From positions 33 through 64,032 of the forward strand of contig CAZFIJ010000042.1 in NCBI GenBank assembly GCA_964519515.1: 64,000 bases of DNA, in the 5' to 3' direction. Below the pieces are notes generated by a model. It was not told where the DNA came from. It worked only from the letters and a program-made list of their open reading frames with translations, and did not search any database. Positions 51,760-60,616 of the stretch are shown here, in pieces. Numbering within the stretch: position 1 is the first letter of the stretch; each line of letters starts with the position of its first letter. Both the position numbers and the translations under genes were made by a program. The DNA comes from an uncultured Nitrososphaerota archaeon (GTDB lineage: Archaea > Korarchaeota > Korarchaeia > Korarchaeales > Korarchaeaceae).

Positions 51760-52755
51760 GTGAGTGTGATGCCGAGGAAGGATGATGAGATCCCTGTGTA
51801 TGCTCCTGAGTTGCCCATAAGGGGAAGACTTAGCCCTAAAGTTTTTATGATCGCCCTCATAATCTTAATAGTTTTGCTTCTATCTTACCTCAGCGTATAT
51901 GTTGTGGATCTAGGTTACGCAGCTGTTACAGTAGACCCTCTAACTGGGAAGATCTCAGATCCTGTTGTAGGACCTAGAGTAGCATTTAAGATGCCCTGGC
52001 AATTCGTCAAGGAGGTTTACGTAGCTACAGATGCTCTCAATATGTGGACCGATATTAATGCGACGATATACGGTTACAGTAGCTCTGTAGGAGATTACCC
52101 GGCTGTGGAAACTCTCACTAGAGATGGCTTACAAGCTTGGATCGATATAACTGTGAGGTGGCACATCTCCCCGAGCTCCCTACCAGTCCTCGTGAGGAAC
52201 TATCCTGCTATAGACTATAAAGACAAGCTCATAGTCCCAGCGATAAGGCAAGTTTGCAGAGATGTTGTATCGGATTATGAGGCAGCAGAGGTCCCGTTAG
52301 CTAGGGGAAGGATAGGTGTTGAGATCTTCGAGGCCCTTCAGTCTTCTCTGAGCAAGGATCCCACTACCGGAGGAGGCATAATATTAGATGAAGTCTACAT
52401 CAGGAACATAAGGCTACCCGATGAGTTCCTGAAGGCGATACAGGAAAAGCTGACCTCTCAGCAGAGGATGATAGCAGCATATTTCGAGAGGAATAGGACG
52501 CTTATCCTAGCGAACGCTAGCGCTACTGCTAAGATCTTAGAAGCTGAAGGAGAAGCAAAATCCAGGCTCATATTGATAAATGCCACCTCTAAAATCATTG
52601 ATATACTCATTAAGAGGGGAGCTAAGCCAGATGAGATAGCCTCCCTCCTCGTGTATATGGAGGGGCTGAAGGATATCTCTAAATCCAATGCCACTGTAAT
52701 AATCGCAGGCGGAGGCAACATCCCCCTCATATATCCCATAAGAGGAGGTGGTTGA
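51760..52755 (+). CDS. SPFH/band-7 (prohibitin/stomatin-like) membrane protein
   Basis: 331 aa. An N-terminal TM helix is followed by an SPFH core (ETLTRDGL..IDITVRWHI) and a coiled-coil tail. Confidence 0.8.
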   Translation: MSVMPRKDDEIPVYAPELPIRGRLSPKVFMIALIILIVLLLSYLSVYVVDLGYAAVTVDPLTGKISDPVVGPRVAFKMPWQFVKEVYVATDALNMWTDINATIYGYSSSVGDYPAVETLTRDGLQAWIDITVRWHISPSSLPVLVRNYPAIDYKDKLIVPAIRQVCRDVVSDYEAAEVPLARGRIGVEIFEALQSSLSKDPTTGGGIILDEVYIRNIRLPDEFLKAIQEKLTSQQRMIAAYFERNRTLILANASATAKILEAEGEAKSRLILINATSKIIDILIKRGAKPDEIASLLVYMEGLKDISKSNATVIIAGGGNIPLIYPIRGGG

Positions 52756-53169
52756 TTGAGATCTTTTAACCTCAAGAAAGTCCACGTACTCAGGGTGGAT
52801 CAGGGGAAGGAAGTCTTGAGGGAGATCTTGAGGGTATGCGAAGAGAGTGATATTAAAGCAGCAATTATACTTGGGCTAGGGCTCCTTTCAAGAGGTAGGA
52901 TAGCTTTCTTCGATATAGAAACTCAGAGCTATAGGTATATGGATTTAGAGGAGCCTATGGAACTCGCCTCATTAGTAGGAAACGTGAGCTTGAAGGAAGG
53001 TAAACCTTTCGCTCATGTACACGTAGTATTGGGGAATGAGAGGGTAGCTCTGGCGGGCCACTTGATCGAAGGTTATGTGGGTGGGACTGTTGAAATCACT
53101 ATCTTCGAGCTTGAGGGGGAGCTCGTGAGGGATATCATCAGTGGAGGGCTCGTCCTTCTCAACGTTTAA
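52756..53169 (+). CDS. PPC/DUF296-domain protein
   Basis: 137 aa. HVLRVDQGKEVLREIL...ELASLVGNVS..GKPFAHVHVVLG follows the DUF296 pattern. Confidence 0.65.
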   Translation: MRSFNLKKVHVLRVDQGKEVLREILRVCEESDIKAAIILGLGLLSRGRIAFFDIETQSYRYMDLEEPMELASLVGNVSLKEGKPFAHVHVVLGNERVALAGHLIEGYVGGTVEITIFELEGELVRDIISGGLVLLNV

Positions 53170-54032
53170 GTCCCCTTTAAGGACTCCCTCAAGTACTCAA
53201 CGAGCGACTCGAGTTCCTCGAGCGCCCTCTCCCTTTTTCTGTTGACTTCATCGCAATTTAGAAGCTCTAAATTCATATCTAACGTTATGGGTGTTATCGA
53301 AATAGCCCTCTCCACTGTCAAAGCATAGAGGTCTGTCCCTCTATCTCTCTCGGTCACTGGGACAGGGTTTCCACCGAGCCAATAATAAGGACTTCCCCTG
53401 GTGTCTATCCTCTCGAGCACATAGTTCTCATATTTCGCTCTAGCTAATCTCGTTATCCTTATAGGAGTATCTTGAGAGATCCTATAGGGGAAATTGACGT
53501 TCAGAAGGTCCACTCCCTCTGGCATCCCCCTCCTGAGGATCCAATCAGTTATCCTCGCTGCTACTCTCGCGTGAGCGAGGAACCTATCCACCGGCCTACT
53601 GAGTTGTCCTCCTGGGATCTCGACGCTGAAGGCTGAGGACTTTATGCCCATTATAGAGGCCTGCAAGGCAGCAGCTATCGTGCCGCTCGTGAATAGATTA
53701 TCCAGTGTTATGTTATCGCCTATATTTATCCCTGATACGACCATATCGGGCGTTGAATTCATTATGAATTTTAAAGCGACTGTCACAGCGTCTCCAGGAG
53801 TTCCACTGACTGTGAAGGCCTCTCTATAGCCGAACCCACCGACCTTGACCGGCAATTTCCTTATCCTCAGGGGTTTATGAAGCGTTATACCCTTGCCAGC
53901 AGCGCTCATCTCATGCTCAGGGACGACTACAGTTACCTTCCCTATTTTCGCCTCTAATAAAGCGATCCAAAGTGCTCTGAATGGTGCTGAGTGGACCCCA
54001 TCATCATTTGTTAAGAGTAACTCACTCTCCAT
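53166..54032 (-). CDS. surE: 5'/3'-nucleotidase SurE
   Basis: 288 aa. N-terminal LLLTNDDGVHSAPFRAL and SGINIGDN. Confidence 0.88.
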   Translation of the reverse strand: MESELLLTNDDGVHSAPFRALWIALLEAKIGKVTVVVPEHEMSAAGKGITLHKPLRIRKLPVKVGGFGYREAFTVSGTPGDAVTVALKFIMNSTPDMVVSGINIGDNITLDNLFTSGTIAAALQASIMGIKSSAFSVEIPGGQLSRPVDRFLAHARVAARITDWILRRGMPEGVDLLNVNFPYRISQDTPIRITRLARAKYENYVLERIDTRGSPYYWLGGNPVPVTERDRGTDLYALTVERAISITPITLDMNLELLNCDEVNRKRERALEELESLVEYLRESLKGT

Positions 54033-54738
54033 GCTTAGACCTCAGCGACCTGAGTAAATCCATAGCGTACTTCTCCTCAGGCTGGGAGCCCACTGATGTA
54101 TCTAAGATCACTTCATTTCCATCTTCCCTCATTAATATGACGCTATGAGGAACTGCTGAGACTTGATAATTATCAGCTAGATCGGGGTTCTCATATGCCT
54201 CTATGCAATCCGCCTCTAAAATCCCCTTCAATTCTATAGCGAATTTGTTCGCGAGGAGGACCTGATAGGGGCAGTACGGACACGTCGGTGTGACAAAGGT
54301 CATTATATGTATGTCATTTGAAAGATCGATCTGGCGAACGGAGCTCAGGATTTCCTTAGTCCTCTCACTCAATCCGCTCTCATCCCTGCTGAGTAGGATT
54401 ATCGTTTCGACGAAAGCCCAAGCCTCGTATCCCAGTGGAGCGCCCACGTATCTTATCTTATAACCTCTCCTCGGATCTAGAAGTATTGTCGGAGTCCTAG
54501 TGACGTTGAATTCCTCCAAGGCTTCCGGATCTATTTTGACGTCTATTACCCTTACATCTATCATATCCGACAGGTCCCCTAGCTCTAAGAGTAAGCTCTC
54601 CGTCCACTCAGAGTATTCTTCATTCCCGAGCCCCTTTAATAAGAAAATTTCAACTGGTCTGACCATCTCCGATTCAAATCTAGCTCTTAGCTGAGCGGCT
54701 GTTTGATCATCTATTATCCTTCCTCCTTTCGATGACAT
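54022..54738 (-). CDS. protein disulfide oxidoreductase (PDO, two thioredoxin-fold units; only the C-terminal CPYC retained)
   Basis: 238 aa, with the size and architecture of archaeal PDO. TPTCPYCPY is in the second unit. The first unit reads GNEEYSEW where a CxxC is expected. Confidence 0.75.
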   Translation of the reverse strand: MSSKGGRIIDDQTAAQLRARFESEMVRPVEIFLLKGLGNEEYSEWTESLLLELGDLSDMIDVRVIDVKIDPEALEEFNVTRTPTILLDPRRGYKIRYVGAPLGYEAWAFVETIILLSRDESGLSERTKEILSSVRQIDLSNDIHIMTFVTPTCPYCPYQVLLANKFAIELKGILEADCIEAYENPDLADNYQVSAVPHSVILMREDGNEVILDTSVGSQPEEKYAMDLLRSLRSKHGE

Positions 54739-55150
54739 ACCTCCACCGGCTCAAGATGTGTAGAATCTATTTAAAAATTCACGATCGATTGATTGATGAC
54801 CCTTAAAATGCCTTACCTCAATTCAGATGCTTCATTATTGGATCCAGATCTCCTTTAGAGATCTGCACTATCTACCGTACCTCATTAATGGAGGCACCCA
54901 CTCGAAGCCGATCCATGAGACAAGACTGTTCCGTTGAGATGCTACCTCTAGAGGTCCCTTGAACATATAGTTTATCGCTTGAAGTTGGCATTCTACTCCG
55001 AAAGATGTTGGATACCTAGTTTAATCGATTTATATTTTTCCATATCTTTGAGACTTACTAAAAAGATCGGTTTATTTTTTATATTGTATAGATGCTATTA
55101 TGAATTATTACATAAAGAGCGAATATATGTACAAATTTCATGTAAAAAGT

Positions 55151-55168
55151 GAGAATATATAAAGATAG
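55151..55168 (+). promoter_or_regulatory. putative TATA region (GAGAATATATAAAGATAG) for the por operon
   Basis: This is the strongest TATA-like element in the AT-rich spacer. A GGGGTGA Shine-Dalgarno-like element lies ~10 nt upstream of ATG 55235. Confidence 0.3.
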
Positions 55169-55234
55169 TCTAGGGAGAGGGATTAGATATCTTTTTACCT
55201 TATACTACTCTCTTGAATTGGGGTGATGTTCCTC

Positions 55235-55822
55235 ATGATAGAGATAAGATGGCATGGAAGAGGAGGACAGGGTGTTTGGAGTGGCTCTGCCGTCCTCGCT
55301 TATGCCGCGATAAAAGCTGGAAAATATGCACAATCTTTTCCACAATTCGGACCTGAAAGGTTAGGTGGTCCTGTTACAGCATTCAATAGGATAGATGATG
55401 AGCCCATAGTCGAGAGAGGACCTATATATGAGCCCGACATAGTCATCGTCATAGATCCTAGCTTAGTGAAGCCCAGGTATGTCCCCTCGCTTATAGAAGG
55501 ATTGAAGCCTGGCGGTAAGCTACTAGTCAATTCTGAGAGTGATCCTTCACATATCAGATCGCAGTTAAGTATCTCAGACGAATTCGAAGTTTGGAGTGTG
55601 GATGCAACAACTATAGCATTAGAGGAGATCGGGAGAGCTTCTCCCAATACTACAATGCTTGGATTACTCCTGGCAGCTACGAATCTAATACCGATCGAGT
55701 ACCTTGAGGAGGGGATAAGGTGGAGATGGTCCGGTGATGTAGCCCAGAAGAACATAAACGCTTTGAAAAGAGCGATGAAGGAAGCCTCTGTTGATCGCGT
55801 GAAGGAGGTGATTAGGGCTTGA
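55235..55822 (+). CDS. porG: 2-oxoacid (pyruvate/2-ketoisovalerate):ferredoxin oxidoreductase gamma subunit
   Basis: MIEIRWHGRGGQGV is a typical gamma-subunit N-terminus. The ORF is open from 55223. POR versus VOR cannot be decided from sequence alone. Confidence 0.85.
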   Translation: MIEIRWHGRGGQGVWSGSAVLAYAAIKAGKYAQSFPQFGPERLGGPVTAFNRIDDEPIVERGPIYEPDIVIVIDPSLVKPRYVPSLIEGLKPGGKLLVNSESDPSHIRSQLSISDEFEVWSVDATTIALEEIGRASPNTTMLGLLLAATNLIPIEYLEEGIRWRWSGDVAQKNINALKRAMKEASVDRVKEVIRA

Positions 55823-56094
55823 GCTCCAGTTTAGTCGGTTGGAAAGACCTTCCAATAGGTGGCGTTGCTTTTATAAGCACGAAGGAGTATCCGACAGGCG
55901 AGTGGGCTGTATTCCAGCCGAAAATCGATGAGAGTAAATGTATCAAATGCGGCCTTTGCTGGATGTACTGCCCAGATAGCGTCTATAGATGGGATGGAGA
56001 GAGCGTTCCAGTGCCAGATCTCGATCATTGCAAGGGATGCGGCATTTGTGAAGTTGAATGTCCTACCAAAGCCATCCAGATGGTGAGAGTCTGA
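55819..56094 (+). CDS. porD: 2-oxoacid:ferredoxin oxidoreductase delta subunit (2x[4Fe-4S])
   Basis: 91 aa. CIKCGLCWMYCP and CKGCGICEVECP. Confidence 0.88.
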   Translation: MSSSLVGWKDLPIGGVAFISTKEYPTGEWAVFQPKIDESKCIKCGLCWMYCPDSVYRWDGESVPVPDLDHCKGCGICEVECPTKAIQMVRV

Positions 56095-56098
56095 GGAG

Positions 56099-57340
56099 GT
56101 GTTCAATATGTTGAAGCAAATTAAGGGAACCATGATGGCCCTGAATGGTGATGAGGCAGTCGCTTGGGCTGTAAAGCAGAGTAATGTCGACGTAGTCTCA
56201 GCATACCCGATAACTCCACAGACGATAATAGTTGAGAGGATATCGGAATTCGTTAATAACGGCGAGATGGATGCTGAATTCATACACGTGGAGAGTGAGC
56301 ATAGTGCGTTAAGTGCAGCGTGGGGAGCGGCTTTAGCCGGTGCTAGAGCATTTACAGCGACCTCAGCGCAAGGCCTAGCACTAATGTGGGAAATTCTGTA
56401 TATTACAGCCTCAACTAGAGCTCCTGTTGTGATGGCTGTCGTAAATAGGGCTTTGAGCGCCCCGATAAATATACATAATGACCACAGCGATACGATGGGA
56501 GCTAGAGACTCCGGTTGGATACAGATATACAGCGAGGATGCCCAGGAAGTATATGATAACACGATAATGGCTTTCAAAATTGCTGAACAAACACTATTCC
56601 CCGTGATGGTCACCCTAGATGGATTCACAATCTCTCATACACTCCAGAATGTTATAGTGCTCCCGGACGAAGTCGTCTCGGACTTCGTCGGTGTGAGGAA
56701 GATCCCTAGGATAAAGTTACCCAGGATCCATGGTGAGAGGGAGATACCGTTGATGCTCAACCCCAAGTACCCGATAACTTTCGGCCCACTTGACCTCTAT
56801 GACTATTACTTCGAGCACAAAGTCCAGCAGAATGAGGCTATGAAGGAGACTTTCCCGATAATAGAGAGGGTCCATAAGGAATATGGGGAGATCAGCGGGA
56901 GGTCTTACGAGCCCGTCTTCATGATCCCCTACAGGACGGAGGATGCGGATGTAGTGATCTTCGGGCTCTCCTCAACGATGAGTGTAGTGAGGAAAGTAGT
57001 GGATGAGCTTAGAGCTGAAGGGAAGAAGGTTGGTGCGATTAGGCTCAGGGTATTCAGACCATTCCCAGCAGATATAATTAGAAAGGAGCTCTCAAAGTTC
57101 CATGCAGTTGGCGTCCTAGATAGATGTATAAGCTTCGGAGGAGAGGGTGGCCCTCTCTTCACAGAGGTAAGATCTTCACTGTACGGATCGAGCTCCAGGC
57201 CCATAGTACATGATTACATATATGGATTGGGAGGAAGAGATCTTCCACGCAAACTCATAGTTAAAATCTTTGAGGAACTTCTCTCCGCTAGGGAGGAGCC
57301 AGAGTCACCTGTGATAAGATATGTGGGGGTGAGGGAGTGA
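56099..57340 (+). CDS. porA: 2-oxoacid:ferredoxin oxidoreductase alpha subunit
   Basis: 413 aa. NGDEAVAWA, YPITPQT and SEHSALSAAWGAALAGARAFTATSAQGL. Confidence 0.9.
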   Translation: MFNMLKQIKGTMMALNGDEAVAWAVKQSNVDVVSAYPITPQTIIVERISEFVNNGEMDAEFIHVESEHSALSAAWGAALAGARAFTATSAQGLALMWEILYITASTRAPVVMAVVNRALSAPINIHNDHSDTMGARDSGWIQIYSEDAQEVYDNTIMAFKIAEQTLFPVMVTLDGFTISHTLQNVIVLPDEVVSDFVGVRKIPRIKLPRIHGEREIPLMLNPKYPITFGPLDLYDYYFEHKVQQNEAMKETFPIIERVHKEYGEISGRSYEPVFMIPYRTEDADVVIFGLSSTMSVVRKVVDELRAEGKKVGAIRLRVFRPFPADIIRKELSKFHAVGVLDRCISFGGEGGPLFTEVRSSLYGSSSRPIVHDYIYGLGGRDLPRKLIVKIFEELLSAREEPESPVIRYVGVRE

Positions 57341-58320
57341 TGTCCGCTTGGAGGCCCGATATAAAGGAGTTAGCTAGGAAGGAGCTTCAGACAAGGCCTA
57401 TAGAGTCTGGACATAGGCTCTGTGCTGGATGTGGAGCGGGAATCATAATAAGGCAGATAGCTATGGCCGCGAGGAAGCCTATAGTCTGGATCACAGCGAC
57501 TGGCTGTGTTGAGGTCGCGACCACTATATTCCCGTACACTTCCTGGAACGTCCCTTGGGCTCACAATGCGTTTGAAAACGCAGCTGCCGTGGGCTCCGGT
57601 GTTGAAGCCGCTAGAAAGAAGCTTTTCAGGTCAAAGAGATTCCAAGGTGATCCTGACGTTGAGTTAGACTACGATGTCGTTGTCCTCGGAGGGGACGGAG
57701 GGACTTACGATATAGGGCTTCAGGCAATATCGGGAGCCTTCGAGAGGGGTGATAAGATACTCTACGTCCTATACGATAACGAGGCTTACATGAACACTGG
57801 TATCCAGAGGTCAGGAGGCACTCCATTTGGAGCTAGGACGACTACTACGCCAGTTGGCAGCGTCATAAAGGGTAAAATACAATTCAAGAAGCCAATAATG
57901 GACATAATGGTTGCCCACAGGATACCATATGCTGCGACTATATCCTCAGCTTACTGGAATGATGCGATATTAAAGCTTAGGAAGGGTTTCGAGGCTGAGG
58001 GACCGGCTTTCATCCATGCCTTCTCGACATGCCCTCTCGGATGGGGTAATGAGGTGTCTGAAACAATTAAGATCATGAAGTTGGCTGTTGAAACATGCGT
58101 CTTCCCTCTATATGAGGTCGAGAACGGTCAATACAAGTTAACTGGTCCTACATTAGCTATAGCGAAGAATCCCGATAGGAAGAAACCGGTAGAGGAATAC
58201 TTAAAGCTCCAGGCGAGATTCAGGCATATGTTTAGACCAGAGAATAAATGGATGATCGAGAAGTTCCAAGAGTGGGTTGATAGAGAGTGGGAGCTCCTCC
58301 TGAAGAGAGCGGGCTTCTAA
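57337..58320 (+). CDS. porB: 2-oxoacid:ferredoxin oxidoreductase beta subunit (TPP-binding)
   Basis: 327 aa. CAGCG, GGDGGTYDIG and DNEAYMNTGIQ. Confidence 0.9.
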   Translation: MMSAWRPDIKELARKELQTRPIESGHRLCAGCGAGIIIRQIAMAARKPIVWITATGCVEVATTIFPYTSWNVPWAHNAFENAAAVGSGVEAARKKLFRSKRFQGDPDVELDYDVVVLGGDGGTYDIGLQAISGAFERGDKILYVLYDNEAYMNTGIQRSGGTPFGARTTTTPVGSVIKGKIQFKKPIMDIMVAHRIPYAATISSAYWNDAILKLRKGFEAEGPAFIHAFSTCPLGWGNEVSETIKIMKLAVETCVFPLYEVENGQYKLTGPTLAIAKNPDRKKPVEEYLKLQARFRHMFRPENKWMIEKFQEWVDREWELLLKRAGF

Positions 58321-58371
58321 CACCCTTTTTATTTCAGAAAAATAACGGAAAATACTATTAAAAGTTAAAGC

Positions 58372-58623
58372 TTAGAACTCCTCTTCCTCCTCCCAGAAGG
58401 TCTCTTCCTCACTCTCTTCCCAGAAGTCCTCGTCCTCTAACCACTCTTCCTCCTCTAGGCCTTCCTCCAGTGGGATAACGTCCTTCAATTCTCCTCTCTC
58501 TATCCTGACGTCAAGCAATGTACCGCAGTTTGGGCACTGCAGCTCTCCCTCGTAATCATCCTCATCTAGGTAAAATTCGTAACCACATGCCGGGCAGACG
58601 ATCTCTGGCAAGGTCTTCACCAA
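58372..58623 (-). CDS. LysW-like zinc-ribbon protein with an extended acidic Trp/Phe-rich C-terminal tail
   Basis: 83 aa. CPACGYEFYLDEDDYEGELQCPNCGTLLDV...IPLEE is colinear with the LysW/ArgW carrier-protein ribbon. The tail is EEEEWLEDEDFWEESEEETFWEEEEEF. It has its own TATA-like ATGTATATATAGG ~28 nt upstream of the TTG/GTG start. Confidence 0.55.
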   Translation of the reverse strand: MVKTLPEIVCPACGYEFYLDEDDYEGELQCPNCGTLLDVRIERGELKDVIPLEEGLEEEEWLEDEDFWEESEEETFWEEEEEF

Positions 58624-58667
58624 GACGCAGGGCTTGATGACCCTATATATACATTTCGCTCCTCTTC

Positions 58668-59099
58668 CTACTCCATGGAACTCCTAGAAGTACTAATATC
58701 TGTGACTTCCCTCATGCGTCTTATAGCTGAGAGCATTAGCGCAAGTTCCACGATCCCTCCGATCAGCGAGAGGGAGAAGAGCCTGAATCCTACCTCTATA
58801 TCCTCCCCGAAGGGGCATGCTTCAATACATGGATTAGCGATGTAATTCATGTAACCTAGCAGGCCATAAGATGAAATAATTATTATAAATACTGCGATTA
58901 GTGTAGCAATAATCCCAATTTTTCTCTTGAATATTGATATTGCTTGTACTGGAATAAGAGTAAGATAACTGTACCTCAGGATGTAACATGAGAGACAAGG
59001 TTTCATTAAGAGCACATATTCCGTGTAAAAGCTTATTATTTCCCCCGATAGTGCTATTAAAATACCTAGTACCATAATGTCCTTATAACTCATCCTCAT
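58668..59099 (-). CDS. DsbB/BdbC-like disulfide bond formation membrane protein
   Basis: 143 aa with four TM helices. KPCLSCYILRYSYLTLIPV resembles the DsbB-family PC.LC..QR motif at the end of TM1. A second Cys pair NPCIEACP sits in the second outer loop. Confidence 0.55.
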   Translation of the reverse strand: MRMSYKDIMVLGILIALSGEIISFYTEYVLLMKPCLSCYILRYSYLTLIPVQAISIFKRKIGIIATLIAVFIIIISSYGLLGYMNYIANPCIEACPFGEDIEVGFRLFSLSLIGGIVELALMLSAIRRMREVTDISTSRSSME

Positions 59100-59261
59100 A
59101 TCGGGAGTCGGGACTTTTACTTTAAAAAATGTTATTCTAAATTCGCCGTATAAGCTGTAGCTCTTAAAGAATGCACTAAAATCACACCTCAGGAGAAATA
59201 GGAACTTATTGCTGCCGTTAGCTGGAAATATGATCCCCTAATAGGATCAGGAGTTATAGAG

Positions 59262-59510
59262 TCATCTTTCATGAAGGCTGACATAGAGGAGCTCATTTCC
59301 CCTCCAGATAGCTATTATTCTATGATGCGGTATCTCTCTTCCATCCCTTAGGATGATCCTATCTGATCTTACCTCTATCTCATCTCCTCTAACTTCGTTG
59401 ATATCATTAGGCATCCCTCTATCCCTGAAAACTATCCTATAATCTTCCCTCCTGTTCCTAGTATCCCAGATCATCGACTCTAATACCGCGCGGACCTTTC
59501 CCTTCCTCAC
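59262..59510 (-). CDS. DUF504/UPF0248-family small protein
   Basis: 82 aa. VLESMIWDTRNRREDYRIVFRDRG...IPHHRIIAIWRGNELLY matches the UPF0248 pattern. Confidence 0.65.
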   Translation of the reverse strand: MRKGKVRAVLESMIWDTRNRREDYRIVFRDRGMPNDINEVRGDEIEVRSDRIILRDGREIPHHRIIAIWRGNELLYVSLHER

Positions 59511-59561
59511 ATGATATCATGGTAGTTAAAGTAAAAATCCGAGAGTAGTATAGCGCGAGGG

Positions 59562-60275
59562 ATGGAAATGAGGATACTTGGACTCTCCGATGTACATGCC
59601 CCGATATTCCTAAGAGAGCTGAAGGATGCTGCGAGCGAATTTGAGGAAGCTGATCTCATTCTACTAGCGGGAGATATAATTGATAGAGGGAAGGTAGAGT
59701 ACTACGGCGAAGTCGTCGATACTTTATCTAGCACAGGGGCTAAAATCGTAGCGGTCTTCGGGAACGATGAATTCGACGATCTCAAGGGGACGTTGAGGAG
59801 CGATAATCCGGAAGTCCTATTTCTTGACGATGAGAGCGTTATTTTGGAGATCCAGGGGGTTAGCATCGGTATAGTGGGATCGAGGGGAAGCCTTGAGCTC
59901 CCAACGACTTGGCAGAGGAGGAAGATACCAAAGATAGAGGAGATATATGAGGATAGAGTTAGGGTAATAGGTGAGATGCTTAAGGATCTGAGGGATAAAG
60001 TGCATATCTCGGTTTTACTGACTCACTACGCCACTACTATGAGGACTCTGAGAGGCGAGAACCCGAGAGCATGGAGGTATTTGGGCCATAGAGGTTACGA
60101 GACTTACATGAACGAGGGACTCATCGATATAGCTGTTCACGGCCATTCACATAACGGAACAAAATTTGCAGTTGTTGGCAAGGCTTCTGTATATAACGTG
60201 GCATTCCCCCTCTGGAAGAAGATCGTGGATATTGTCCCAAAGGGAGAAATTATTTTGGAGAGGTACTTCGAGTAG
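59562..60275 (+). CDS. calcineurin-like metallophosphoesterase
   Basis: 237 aa. The motifs GLSDVHAP, LLAGDIIDRG, FGNDEFD, LLTHY and VHGHSH appear in canonical order. Confidence 0.8.
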   Translation: MEMRILGLSDVHAPIFLRELKDAASEFEEADLILLAGDIIDRGKVEYYGEVVDTLSSTGAKIVAVFGNDEFDDLKGTLRSDNPEVLFLDDESVILEIQGVSIGIVGSRGSLELPTTWQRRKIPKIEEIYEDRVRVIGEMLKDLRDKVHISVLLTHYATTMRTLRGENPRAWRYLGHRGYETYMNEGLIDIAVHGHSHNGTKFAVVGKASVYNVAFPLWKKIVDIVPKGEIILERYFE

Positions 60276-60283
60276 GTGATCGG

Positions 60284-60616
60284 ATGCTGAGGATAGTGAT
60301 GACCACTGTCGAGAGCTTGAAGCAGGCAGAGGAACTCTCAGACAAGATATTGAAGCGGAGACTCGCCAGCTGTGTCTCAATGTTCCCCATAACTAGTAAG
60401 TACTGGTGGAAGGGGGATATCGAGAGGGCTGAGGAGATACTCCTCCTAATAAAGACTCATCAGGAACATGTTCAGGAGCTCCTCAATTTTTTGAGGGCGG
60501 AGCATTCGTACGAAGTACCGGAGATTCTCGTGATACCGATAGAGATCGCTGGTGAAGATTATCTGAGGTGGGTGGAGGATGTTACGATACGCGAGGCAGC
60601 TCCCTCTGATAGGTGA
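60284..60616 (+). CDS. cutA: divalent-cation tolerance protein CutA
   Basis: 110 aa. RLASCVSMFPITSKYWWKGDIERAEEILLLIKT and YEVPEILVIPI. Confidence 0.85.
   Translation: MLRIVMTTVESLKQAEELSDKILKRRLASCVSMFPITSKYWWKGDIERAEEILLLIKTHQEHVQELLNFLRAEHSYEVPEILVIPIEIAGEDYLRWVEDVTIREAAPSDR

Noticed and set aside
54739-55222. Possible replication origin in the long AT-rich spacer.
   Set aside because: I could find no ORB or mini-ORB-like repeated elements flanking the AT-rich part, and there is no orc1/cdc6 or whiP-like gene nearby. It is kept only as a generic observation.
55831-56628. 265-aa ORF on the minus strand, antisense to porD/porA. Similar long antisense ORFs occur at 29437..30003, 40304..40819, 50157..50654, 36150..36545, 47480..47899, 34500..34946 and 246..948.
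   Set aside because: Each lies entirely opposite a gene with strong family motifs. Their translations are low-complexity, Ser/Leu/Pro-rich, with no recognisable motifs. These are typical shadow ORFs in a compositionally biased coding region.
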